The position numbers and the translations under genes are program-made. The notes below the pieces were generated by a model. That model was not told the origin of the DNA and did not search any database. It was given only the letters and a program-made list of their open reading frames with translations. A DNA stretch of 63,484 nt, counting the filler, from Sluysia triapertura (Eukaryota): the NCBI GenBank assembly GCA_046118255.1. It is 5 parts of 5 records of this genome, joined end to end, with 100 filler letters (N's around TTAATTAATTAA, not from the genome) between each part and the next. Parts side by side here need not be neighbours in the genome. Positions count along the whole stretch, not along the records: positions 1 to 14,984 come from JBJNIA010242658.1; 4 more parts are not named here. One strand, written 5' to 3'. This document shows positions 1-12,682 of this stretch, piece by piece (within the stretch, counting starts at the first letter, position 1; every line of letters starts with the position of its first letter).

Positions 1-72
1 CAGTGGTGTCAAACCTTTTTGCTTTACGGGCCGCATGATTTGCCTCCGCGGGCCGCCACTTTGACACCACTG
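1..72. mobile_element. hAT-type MITE, 72 bp
   Basis: Perfect 13-bp TIRs CAGTGGTGTCAAA (1-13) and TTTGACACCACTG (60-72). Two internal CGGGCCGC motifs resemble hAT (Charlie-like) subterminal sequence. The TSD cannot be checked at the window edge. Confidence 0.75.
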
Positions 73-618
73 GTGTAAAGAAATGTGTCGTCCATAATTA
101 CGTACTTTTTATTGATTATTCCTCTTTGCTGTATAAAATTTAGCTTTATCGTTAATCTATGCAAATTTCATGTAAGCTTAAATGATTCCATGATAAAGCT
201 TTCATGCGCATTTAAAATATCTATAAAAATTAAACCAATTTTTAAAAGTGAACTTTATTTTTTATATTATTGTAATATGTTTTAAATGCTGCACACAAAA
301 TAGGCGAAAGGGGATAACGTGGATTGAAATTGTAGTTTGAATGTAATTTCTTTGTGTAAGTTTGGTGATACTAAAATTTATGACCTCTCTTTCATAATCT
401 AAGGTATTATTATTAAGTAATTTTAATTTAATGTCGATTTTGGAGTTTTTTGGAAAAACTGTAAGGGTTGAAATTTGGCAATAAATGGTCTTAGGTATTT
501 TTTTGGGTAAAATTAGTCTGTAGTATAAATCTGGTAATTTCGGAAATATGATTTTTTTAATAGTTTATTATCTAACTTTCTGAAATTTTTTAATTGCAAT
601 ACAAAAGGAATTAATCAG

Positions 619-3600
619 GATGATTTTGCATCAAGTGCAAGCTGCATCTCGCTTCGAGGTAAAATAAATCTGATGATATAGAAAACAGGTTTCATATTAA
701 GATTAGATTTTCAATAAGTTTAATGAATATTGCATTACTCGTGATAAACCAATCACAGAATCATTTTTAATAAATTAAGAGTATTAATGTTAGAATATTA
801 AACCATCTTTTAATTCAGTTCCAGATTCGGTTGTTGATGCTGACCTTCAACACATTATTGGAATGAAGTCAGAAAAACATTCAGCCGAGGATCCTGATAA
901 TGATTATCGTCATTTCCCATACGACGAAGACTTTAACGATTTAAACGACGATGAGTATATTGCCACACATAGCGAAGAAAATGAACCAGATGAAGAAATT
1001 ATCGATGATGCAGATGTGATGCAAGAATTCACTTATATTACTCGTCCTCCGCCCCGAAAACGAGGTCGAAAGTCCAAAGCCGAACTTGCAGCCATGGCAG
1101 CTGCAGCTGCTGCAGCACAATCACAAAAGCGTAAATACATTTATTTGCAACAGAATTCGAAAAGCAGCAGTTCATATGATGAAAGTTCGTATCTTCATCA
1201 GTCTAGTTCTCACATTACTAAGCAACTATTATTTGAAGAATTAAGTAAAAAAATAATGTTGAAAAAGGGTACAGTCAATAATTCGGGATCAATGCAAGGT
1301 AAAATGGCGTTGTCGTTGGTCGGTTTGGACGATTTTCAGCTACACGCAACAGGCATAAATTTGAATAGTGCATCTGGAAGTGGAGGAGACATTGATCCTT
1401 CGTATCAGTATGCAGATTCCGACTTAAAATCCGATGAAGAAAAGTCGTCTAGTATGTATTTGAAAAGAGATTCAGAGATGAATCCGGAAAAGTTAGAGAT
1501 GATTCGAAAAGCCGAGCATAATAGAGGTAATTTTCATTTATCAGTTCACAAATTTTCATTTTATTTAGTTGAGCGTCGTCGTCGAGATAGAATTAATAAT
1601 TATATTCACGAATTACATCGGATTTTGCCGCCTAAGGAAAGACTGTATAATTCTAAAAGTAAAGGTGCCATTCTAAGATCAGTATATGAGCATTATAAGA
1701 AGCAATGTGATGCTTTTAAATTATTGAAAGAAAAATACAAGACAGTGAGAAATTGTTATATTTATTAATTATTTTGTATCAGTTAGCTAATCAGAATCGT
1801 ATGAAAGATGGAAGAATTCGGGAATTAGAAGAAGAGAAAGCTCATTTATACGAGCAATTAACTTTCATCAATCATAGTGTCTCTTCCACTATTCTTGAAT
1901 ATCAGGGTCCAAAGAAGTTAGTTGAATTTATTTAGTTTCCAATTTTTTTACAGTTATTTTAATTGATATCAGTATGGTAATTGATTGATTTAAAACTTAT
2001 TTTTAATCATTTTAATTGTGAAACTAATGGAAAATACGAAAACTGAAAGACTTCTGATACATAAATTGTCATAAAAAACTATATTCAGTAGAAGAACTAA
2101 TTGGAAGGAAGTGTAAGTTGAATATTGTCGCTAGCCAATGGAAGGATCGCATTACAAATATGCTTATGATTTAAATATGGATTTAAAAGCACATATTCGA
2201 GTAATATCAAGAAATATTGTAATAAATAAGAAGCACTTGGATAGTGTCACGAATATGTACAAATAATAATGACGTACAAAATTTTTGTGTTTCTTTGCCT
2301 ATAGTAAACTTGAGGAATTGAGTTTTAAAATAATATTGGTGTCACAAAGGACTAGCTATCTCAAATAAATCTTTGAAAGTAATTAAATCCATTCAATTAT
2401 ACTAATAAATATAGAATGAAGGACACTAAAAAACAAATTAAAACTTGATGGATATCTTTTCATGTTCGATAAAAAACAAACAAACTTATTATTATGCAAT
2501 TACGAAATTTTAAGATTGATTTTAAATAAACCCATTATTGTCATTAAGCAAAACATAAGAAAAACATTCTATTCACAAATTAAAATAAACGTGCTTGCCA
2601 TTTTACGAAAATGTAACTGTTATATAATATAAAATTAATTTTTATGTTCTTAATCTCAGAAATATTACTAAGAATAGTTCTACCTCTGTTCAAAAATGAT
2701 TGTCTCATTTGGCATTTGTTGCTATATAAGATGACAATAAGTCATTTGTTTATGAACAATAGAATTATAAAATGCTAAAATAATTTTTGGGAAATAATTG
2801 TTCAGTTTATAATAATTTTATAAACAAACAATTTTTGGTGTGTACAAAAATATACCGCTGCTATTTTCTTTTTCGTCCAAATAACTTTAAATCATAGAAA
2901 TCAAACATTCTGGAGTAAAGTACAGAAAATTAAGTGACAAAGTGAAAAATGCCATCCCGCGAACACTCTGGTGCGATCTAACAAAATGAAATTGCCAAAA
3001 GGAACAATTAAAGATGTTGCTGGAGAATTTAAAAAGACCCCGAAAACAATTTCACGAATTTGGGGGAGAGGCAGCCAATGTACACTCCAGGGCATGGAAT
3101 TTATTAATGTGTCAGTTCCAGAATTAAAGGAAATTCTGGTTACAGGAAGTTATGTCGACAAGAACTTCAAAACAAAATTTTAGCACTAGAAAAATGCGAC
3201 AGAAGGAACATGGACAATAAGTAAAAACCCAATTTCCTTGGGTACACTGTAATTTTACAAAGGAAAAGATAATCAAGCGACATTGCAACTCTCTGAGGCC
3301 AATGTTAACACCGCAAAACAAAACTGAGTTTCAAATCAATGGAGAATATCGTACGTGTGGAGGAAAAATGGTTCTGCCTTTCAAGAGATGAAATGAATTT
3401 CTATTTACTTTCTGAAGAAGTACCCTGTTGTCAAAGTAAACAATTCATATCTAAAGTAATGTTTATCGCTGCTTCGGCTAAACCCCGGTAGGACTATAAC
3501 CGAAAAACTAAATTTGATGGAAAACTTGAATATGAACCTGCGAAACGAAATTCTAAAAATCAGCCAAAAGGAACATTTGTTACAAAACCAATCGAGAAAT

Positions 3601-4860
3601 TTGTACAAAGCTTATTATGGAAAAAGTTATTCCTGCAATTAAAGCGAAATGGCCACGAAATCAGAAATGTATCGAAATTAAAATATAACAGGATAACGCT
3701 CGCCCTGTTATAAAATCTTGGCATGCGGACGGATAGAATATTAACTTAATTTGTCAGCCTCATAACAGTCCAAAATTTAATGTTCTTGATTTAGTTTATT
3801 TCAATTCCATTCAGTCTATTCAATGCCAAAGTTCTCCGAAAAGTGATGACGATTTTATTGCCTGTTTAGTGTGCTTGGGAGGATCATGCTGTAGAAAATA
3901 TTTTTTGACTCTTCAAAAGGTGTTCGAAAGTTCCATGTTAGCTTGAGGAAGCAATAATTATCTACCAGTACACATTGGGAAAGAAGCATTACGAAGAATG
4001 GATAAACTTCCAGAAGCATTAACATGCAATTTGGAAGCAACTGAAACTGCTCGCAAATGCTGCTCGTAATCAAGTAATTTCATTAATAAAAAAGTTGCCT
4101 AAAGCGAAATTGATGTTAATATATATTGTATATAAAACTAACGAAAGAATCATTATTGAACAAAAAGTTATAGTTGTACATAACTTTAGAAACGATCAAA
4201 ACAGTAAAATTTGAGTAGTTTATAATAAAGCAAACATCAGAGTCATTGTTTTATTACTACAGGAATAGATGGTAGGCTTCAATAAAATGCATGTTTGACT
4301 TTAGACGTCACTTAGAAGTTTTTTCATTTTCATATAATTGTATAACATAAGTTCCACCATTTAAATTTGGTACTTTTTGCCTATGCGCTGATTCTATTTT
4401 TGTTACAATCATTCTGAATTAATTTCGCTTAATGAAATCAACTTTTCTCATTTTATGTTCATTATTATTATAAACATCTGTGCGAATGTTCCACTTTATG
4501 GTATTATATAAAAGTGCTTGCAGTAACCCATAGAGTAACCTGTATATATTGTATTTATATAGTATATAACTTAAATGTTAGTGTCGCATTTTGAAAAAGT
4601 AGATCTAAGTGTAATGTACTAAAATTAAAAAGTTAATAATGGAAAATCAAAGTAAAGTAAAATAGTTAAATCAATATTGTATAATTGTTCTAAAATTGTA
4701 ATGTTAGAGATTATTCTATCACATTAAATTGTATACTTGTTTATTACCGATTCAGTAAATGATTATTTTATTTAGACTACCCGAATCTCATACAGACACA
4801 ATAAATCAGCACAAGACAACTCGAAATGCGAGTAGTGGTAGTGGTAATTATCAGTTCTAA
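619..4860 (+). CDS. USF-like bHLH-leucine zipper transcription factor with AT-hook. Exons ~619-658, 819-1526, 1569-1744, 1783-1916, probable last exon 4776-4860; 5' start unresolved.
   Basis: Removing GT-AG intron 1527-1568 gives HNRVERRRRDRINNYIHEL..SKSKGAIL, a USF-type bHLH. Intron 1745-1782 joins the zipper LANQNRMKDGRIRELEEEKAHLYEQL. AT-hook-like PRKRGRKSK. A phase-2 splice 1916->4776 gives KLPESHTD...NYQF*. Confidence 0.85.
2680..4170 (+). mobile_element. Decayed Tc1/mariner transposon, DD39D (plant-mariner/Guest-like) type, inside the last intron of the USF-like gene
   Basis: Frameshifted fragments KTISRIW, RHCNSLRPMLT, KVMFIAA, EPAKRNSKNQPKGT, VIPAIKAKWP, QDNARP and QPHNSPKFNVLDLVYFNSIQSIQ. 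Degenerate TIRs CTACCTCTGTTCAAAAATGATT (2680-) and AATCATTATTGAACA (4148-). Confidence 0.85.
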
Positions 4861-7800
4861 GTTTCTTATGATCTTATGCTGTTTAGAGTCATTCAATAAT
4901 GGGATGGCCTCTTAATTCCACTTCAGTTTATCTGTTTACCAATTCTTCAGTTGTCACCATTAGTAACTAACCATCCCATGTATTACGTCGTTCCCATTTC
5001 ATATCAATACTCTTCCAGTCATCTCTATGTCAAATTACATGCGCAATGTAAAACTGGTTAATTTGAAACATAAAATGCGTAGTTTTGAAGTCAAAATTAT
5101 CCAATATCGGTTCTACAGTCTTATTGCTCGTGTTAAGCAAGAAATTATTCAATAGTTTATTAGTACTCGTGTTCTCGATTGATGTGTCGCAAGATTGCCT
5201 TGTTATTATTTATTCTTTTATATTAACGAATGAATGATCACGAAGACGTAATTTCAAAAGATTTATAGATCTCGAAATATTTAATTTGAATTTAATCCCA
5301 TTTCTTTACTTGCTGTTGTATTTTAATCCTTTTTAGTAATATACTTGTTTTCTTTATACTTTATTTTCTTAAAGCAACGAATATTTCATCTTAAATACTG
5401 TCGAAATGATATAAGGTATTGGTGATGTGATTTAAGAAAATACAATATAGTTTATATGCAAATGTAATGTGAATAAATTGTACATATGTTAATTTATTAT
5501 TTATATTTAAAATTATAAATGGTCTTGTGTTTGAAAAAAATTTCATGTTAACACGTCGCAAAGTGCAGCTACAGCCGACAAAAATATTTCCATTAATAAG
5601 GAACACTGTTTACCAGTGCATTAATGCAGTCTTCCAATCAACAAAAATTGTAACATTCTACTAACAGCTAAGAATATGTTTTGTACGAATATTAATGTCT
5701 TGAATAAGTCAGAACATGTTATATTAAGCAAATTACAGTTATAGCCGTCAAGAGTTTTCCTCAAAAAATATTGAAAATGCGTGGTAATTTTAGTTTTTAG
5801 ATATGCAAATCATGTTTATTTGCTTAAAGCATTATCAAATAATTTTTAAAAAAGTGAGTCTTTGGGCAAGATGAGGCAAAAGAGTGCGTCAACGTGCTAA
5901 ACTAAACAATTACCAAGTGAAATAATGCAGTTTAAATGTAACATTTTAACTGCAATTTTTTCATTACTATTTTACATCGAAGTTAATAATAATATTAAGT
6001 CTATAAGGTTACTTTACCGAACATTAAATATTTTATTGGAGTTTGTAAAAAATTACCATTGTCATTAAAAATATAAGAAATTTTAATATAAATAATTTTA
6101 CTATAAAATATAATTTTCTGGCACGAATTAAATTTGTAGCCTAGAGTTTTGTCTATTTATACTGTTTTCCATGATTTATTTATTGTGATCGTATTGTATC
6201 TATTTGTCAAAGTGTTTCAAGAGGCTCACGGATTAAATAATACTAAAATAATAAGAAAAAATTAATATTTCAATTAACAAAAAGCATAACTCCAATTAAA
6301 AAGTAGTATAAATAATAGCTATTGCTAGAATTAAGACAAGAAACAATTATTAAAACTTACGATTGCAACTAATATTTTTATGATCCTACCAAGACTGTTA
6401 AAACAATTATCACGAGATACTTGCGAATTAACTCATTTTCATGATATTCTGTTTAGGTCAAGTAGCCGATAAAGATCTGGATAAGAATTCTTTGTATGTA
6501 CAGCTGTTTGATGAGATTTATTTGAACATAAAAAGATTAGTGTGTCATTGTCTATTCATCTTCGATGCTTTAATCTTAAGAAGTTTTATAATATAAGGGG
6601 TTCCTTAATTTAAAAGTTAGAATCTCACTTTTTCATATTACTTTTACTTTACTTATTGTTAACATTTAAGGTCATTTATTTGAAAAATGTCTTGTGCCTG
6701 TAAAGTAATTATTAATCATAAAATCATCACCAGTATCCGTTAAGTTTAAGTTATTAAGTTTTAGCATGACACAGAAATTAAATGTGTTCAACATGTTTTT
6801 CTACATGCATTTCTTTAAAAAATAAATATTAATCACAAAAACGTAACTCAGGACATATAAAATAATTATGACAGAAAAATTTGTATAACTTATAATTCTT
6901 TACATTAATACGTAGAGAAAAAATTAATAAATGGAGAAATTAATTAATAAATAGAGAAAAAACTTGTGATAAATAATGAATCATATTTTCTTTGTTCAAT
7001 AAGTATATAGTTTCAATATACAATTAAAAAGTAAAATAATATTTAACCAAAACAAATGCGTTATTAAAAAACTCCTTTATTTGATTAATTTTTATAAATA
7101 ATGTACTACTATTTTAAATGGCATATTTTATAAAAATTATTTTTTAGTGACTAAAATTATTTTTGTTTACTTACTACCTACAAACTTTTTTTGATAATAC
7201 AAAGACAAATGAAACAGAAATATTTATTAATACAACACTTATAAAAATTGTATACAAACTTTGTGTGAAACAATGAAGTGTAGTGCCAAGCATTTTAGAA
7301 ACGAACAATGAATGTTATGATGATGAAATTTATTCATGGTACTTTCTTAAGTTTGTTGCACATCATATACAAAACTTTTTCACAGTCGTACATTTTTCGA
7401 CACCAGATATATAAAATACTGTCTGTTTAATATCATATTTGAATTTGATTTACTACGTACATAATGATTGATGTTCGTGTTTCATTAAATACTTGCTTGT
7501 TTTTTTTAGCTTTTTCCATTTAATTGATAGTAAGTGTATATCATGCATTGAATCAAACAAACCGAACACATTCATAGTGTATAATTATTTATTTAATTTT
7601 TGCTTTTATCATTAATAAAACCTGTATTAATAGATGAGTAAGTCATTTTATATCTTTTGGCGGTTAAATTTTTATTTATACAAAACATGCAATTAATACA
7701 CTAGGATATTTAAATAAAATTATTTATTAAAAATACATAATTGTTCAATAACTGTTATATTTTGAATTGTTTGTCTACCAACTTGATTAGCACAATTAAC

Positions 7801-8094
7801 TAATGAATTTCGAAAATAAAAACAAAATTGGTCAAATTCAGCAACACATTCAAATTTCACATAAATTTCAAATAAATTACTTATATGTGTATAAGACGGA
7901 ATTTTGTCCTGAGAGTATGTGCAAGGAGAACTAATTAAATTTTATTAAAAATAACAAACTTATTTCATTTACAATACAATAAGACGGTTGTTATTTATTT
8001 GCATATTACAAAAAATTTAGTTTATTTATTATTATTTTCATTTTGATTATTATTAAATTTATTTCATTATTGTTATTATCATTGTCGATATTTT

Positions 8095-8096
8095 TA

Positions 8097-8162
<66 letters not shown>
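8095..8162. repeat. (TAT/AAT)n microsatellite. Similar tracts at ~15422, 17327, 20305, 20855, 47880, 53955, 56410 and 62620.
   Basis: Read directly from the sequence. Confidence 0.95.
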
Positions 8163-8196
8163 GTGTTATTATTTTTCATTAGCATCATTATATAAT

Positions 8197-8274
8197 CTGT
8201 CTTTAGCCTACAGTTTTAATTAAAGTTAATGTAAATCATTTTGTTAACTGTCGCCTAATGACAGTTGCTGAGTA
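8197..8274. repeat. Paired TGTC...GACA palindrome element, copy 1
   Basis: Hairpin AACTGTC-gcctaat-GACAGTT. 8241-8274 matches 48021-48054 at 31/34 positions. Confidence 0.8.
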
Positions 8275-8558
8275 GTAGAACTTAATTTTATTTCGTCATG
8301 TCCATTGCACAATATTTTAATTATGCTCGATTAGAATTGGTTGAATCTATGGTAATAGTGCTCTTATACATTAATTCTGATTCACCAACCAATCATTGGC
8401 AATTCGTGGTTGTTACACAATAATTATTAAAAACATAGTGTTTTAAACAAAAATTAATGCAAAAATGTTACGCAGTTAAAAAATTCTTTAATACAACTCA
8501 AAAAATTATGCTATTCTAAAAATTGAATGAATCTCATTAAATAAAAATAAATGTAAAA

Positions 8559-9760
8559 ATGTTTGATACTTCTTCATTTTCCGATAACATAACTAAGAGA
8601 ACGTTATCAACATCAAATGTAAAATCCAGTAAAAGGCATGCCGGTCTATATAAACAAAATAAACAAGTTCATCTTGATCATTGTAAAGAAGAAAAGGCAG
8701 TAAAAGTATCAGAAAGTGATGCTCATATAAATCGAAAAAGATTTACTTCAAATTTAAAATCAAAATACGACAATAAATGTTTAAGCTAAGAAGATTTTAT
8801 GTCTTCAATTTAATTACTAGACTTTTTCAAAAAAGAATTATTAGATGTAACTTTATTATACGCCAGTGAAGTAAGAAAATGTAAAGCTGGCCACATTGTT
8901 ATAGCTTATTCTGTAAATTGCAATTCAAGATCTATGTTTATAAAAGAAAAGAAAGATATTCAATGCTTAGTTAAAATAATATCTGAAGACAATATGTTTA
9001 TCCAATGTTTAATTAAAATAAGAGTTGAAGACAACCAGATTAATTACTATATTAAAGACTTTGTAGGACAGTTTACCACAGTGGTTAAAGTTTTACAAGA
9101 TATTTACAATATTTTCTTTAAATATTGTCAAAAAAGATTACTTTCAAATGTCAATAAATCAAGCTGATTGCAGTTCTAAAGATACTTTAAGCTTTGCAGA
9201 TAAATTTAATCCTTTTATGATAAAAATTCTAACATATATTTGTAGGAAATGAAATGTCAGAAGGAAAAAGAATAATTTATATTATAAACTTTATGAATTA
9301 TGCAAAATTTGATCGAAGTGATAAATTCACTTATGAATGATTGAAGCTCGTTGATATTAACAAAGAAAACATGCGTAAACAAGTTTATGAAGCCATTAAT
9401 TTTATTGTTAAAGACAACATGTTTAATATAATTGATTTTAAAAGATTATTTATAATGGAATCACATTCATCTGATGAACGTCGTTATTATGCCCGGCTCA
9501 TGAATACTATGTCAAATGAAGGTCATATGGAAATCCTTCAATATGTCAAAAATATCAATCCTATTCCTGTACATATGAGTCGCAATGAAGCAGTTCTATG
9601 TCCATTTGACACGGATCAATGCGGTTTATGTATCAAATATAGTCGTTACAGCCACATTGTTATAGAGTTATGTTCCAGTTCCTTGAAGGAAGACATTTTC
9701 AGTAATCACTTAGAACGCATGCATAATTTATTAAATTCTATACAGATCCATCAAGTTTAA
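8559..9760 (+). pseudogene. Fragmented orphan gene, intronless-looking, downstream of the palindrome element
   Basis: Successive ORF pieces 8559-8789, 8934-9167 and 9341-9760. The C-terminal part resembles 48983-49306. Confidence 0.5.
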
Positions 9761-10148
9761 TTGAATAAATGCAAGATCAATTCTGAAGACAAAGCTCATT
9801 CAAACGGTTCTATTGATTATTCAGGACTAAAAGTAATCTTTCTTCTTTGTAGTAATAATAACAGATATCATCTTAATATTTATTATCTTTTTAGTATGAT
9901 CTATTTCCAAAAAATTGTGGCAATCCGGAACATAAACTTTCCAACAATTGTGTTTTTATATCTGACATTTTATAGTTCTTTAATCGTTTATGCTTGTTTA
10001 GTTTGTGTTATAAATAATAAACCTTTCGTATTTTACTTTATAATTTTACTAGAAAAAGATTTCAAACTTAATTAAAAAAATTGTTTTCTTAAATTTATAA
10101 AAGACGATTTTAATAATTCAATTTTCATTTTTATAAAAGTTAATGAAA

Positions 10149-10583
10149 TTAGTAATAAACAGTTTTTGATAAAAATAAAAACATTCCATAATAACCGAAA
10201 GATGTTTTAAAGTGTAGCGGATTGTTAAGAAATGGATGTGACTTGGAAGAGACAATGCAGATGCTAGGTGTACGAACAGACCCAAAATACAGCTTAATCT
10301 CGTCTTCATAGTGTGATGGTCGAGTTATATTATTGTTATTGATTTTAGAATTAAAAATTATAAATTTAATATTAAGAAAATTGGACTTAAGGTCCTTATA
10401 GCTATAACGATTATGTAATTCAAAATCATTAAAGAAATTATTACTATTATTGAATTTCATATTACAAATTGAAATTTTAAAATTACTTAAGAAATAATAA
10501 CAAATGACAAGATTATAATCGATATTAAAACTAAAAAGATCGTATTCATGATGAGTATTATAGTCTATAACGTGATCATACAT
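10149..10583 (-). CDS. Orphan ORF (~145 aa), possibly 5'-truncated
   Basis: Open frame unusually long for this AT content. No recognisable motif. Confidence 0.3.
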   Translation of the reverse strand: MYDHVIDYNTHHEYDLFSFNIDYNLVICYYFLSNFKISICNMKFNNSNNFFNDFELHNRYSYKDLKSNFLNIKFIIFNSKINNNNITRPSHYEDEIKLYFGSVRTPSICIVSSKSHPFLNNPLHFKTSFGYYGMFLFLSKTVYY

Positions 10584-10588
10584 CTTAG

Positions 10589-12344
10589 TCAACTCAAGTT
10601 CTGTAGAATCATAAACAAAAAATTATTATAATAACCAACAGATAAGGTCTCTGGGGCTGAGTAACCGGACGATCCGCAAATTACTTTTAAGTCTTGTTCA
10701 TTATTTACTTTAATAGCTGAACCAAAACCTGTCGTTTTAATACTATTATTAACATCCGGCAGGATATTTTCCGGTTTCAAGTCGTGATCTATAACACCTT
10801 TACCGTGTAATTTGTCAATTTGATTCATTAATTTAACTACTTCATATTCTTTTTGTTCTTCACTCATGCCTTCAAATGGATCTTTATATGGTTCTTCTAT
10901 TAGTCCAGTTACTAGATTAACATCAACTTTTACTTTAGAATCTACATCACTTGAACTAAGTACCGAACCTTTAGTATCACCTCCGGCTTTATTGGAATTT
11001 CTACTTAACATTGAGCATCGATTCAATAATGAATGACGTACTAGAAAGCCTGCGTAATTGCCAAATCCGGTATACTTGATTTCTTGATCAACTGAATTTT
11101 CACATAAAACGGAAATAAACAACGCAGCAGCCTCCGTAAGATTATCATCAGTACTTTGAAGTAATTTACACAAATTATTTCTTAAACTATTTGCTTCTTT
11201 AGGTAACTTATAAACTTCTTTCTTTAGATAAAGCAAGACTTTTAAACGAAGGTATTTACGAATGTTTCTATCACATGCTGCGGACTTTGTTAGTGTTTGC
11301 ATATTTGACGTCAGAATTTCAATATAGTTTTGATAATTAGATAACTTGTAATCCAAAGGATTAACAAACACTTTAAAACATTCCATAGATTTATCTGATA
11401 GATAAGCATTTTTCATTTGAATATCGGTATGATCAACAAGACACAATAGAAGTTTATCTGGTATATTAAGAAGCATATTAATAGCATTGCTAATAAATTC
11501 TTGAAATAATTCTCTGTTTTTCCCTAGGCACTTTATTTATTTTTATTATTAAATTTCTAAAAGTTTTTAACATGTTTTTTAATCTTGCGTCGGCTTCCTC
11601 ATCTCCTTCCAATTTATTTAAAATGCAGGTTACATTAAAGAGAAATTTTAAAATTTCAATATCGATTTTAATAATTTCAAAATTTTCTTTAATTAAAATT
11701 GTTATGTGTTCTCTAAAAATATTAGCCACACTTTCATCGATGGCACAATCACCAATAGCAGCAAAACGTAAATTCTCCTCCAGTGCAGCTAACAAAAACA
11801 ACAATCGCATTTCAAATATCTTTATGCTTGATTGATCAAAATTGTGATTATACAGACCCATTTTTGTAATACCTCCTTTAAGTGTCGTCGTTTTCGAATG
11901 ATTAGAAAAATTAGTGCCGAAATTTTAACGATATTAAATAATGCCTTTATTGCAGCTTCAACAATTAATGGATCGGATGATGAAAGTACACTGATACACC
12001 GTCTATCCTGATTGCTATATTTTTCAAAATCAGTTAAACCAATAATTATATTAATAATGCCATCATTAAATACATTCTGTTTCATATCAACCGAATTTTC
12101 CCTAGCTAGTATTCTAATTGCATTTAAAGCGTCAATGGTTTCATTACTATTTGACTTTGAAACTAAAACTGAATGGCATTTTTGGTAAACATCCTGTTAC
12201 ATAAGCTTATATATTTTACAAATTTACTTTTTTATATTCCTGACTTAAATTAAATTGAAAACATGACTCGTGCTGAAAAATAATTAAAATAATTGAATGA
12301 AAACATACCTCGTATACAAAATCACTAATACAAATTTCGGACAT
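10589..12344 (-). pseudogene. RIC8: Ric-8 (synembryn) duplicate with two frameshifts, fused at its 3' end to a Ser/Thr kinase fragment (phosphorylase kinase gamma-like)
   Basis: Ric-8 motifs ALNAIRILARE, AIKALFNIV, MRLLFLLAAL, IKYTGFGNYAGFL and VNLVTG..EGMSEEQKEYEVVKLMNQIDKL. ATG at 12344 with two mini-introns (~12273-12308, ~12194-12227). Then DHDLKPENIL..IKTTGFGSA..CGSSGYSAPETL, i.e. degenerate kinase subdomains VIb-VIII. Confidence 0.88.
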
Positions 12345-12682
12345 TTAATGTTAAATATAAATATTTTTTAGTTAAAGTATTACATATATTATTTATTCAG
12401 ATTAACCTATTTTATTTATTAAGATTTAAATTAATAAATTAAAATTTAGCTTATAATCTATATATGATATTAGATATCGTTAAATATGTATAACTTAATT
12501 TTATAAACAAAATATACAAATTAATTTAGAATTGTTTTACTGTGTATTTTGCATAACACATATTTTGCACTATATTTTGGTATATGTATTAATATATATA
12601 AATTAAAATATCAAGTCATGCGGTAATTAGTTTTAAATTTTGTTTTAATAGTCTGTTTTTATATATTTAGAAGTTATATATA

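Noticed and set aside
8006-8188. Poly-N, poly-I and poly-Y ORFs (also 26325, 47761, 53809, 56339, 62498)
   Set aside because: Translations of (AAT)n microsatellites.
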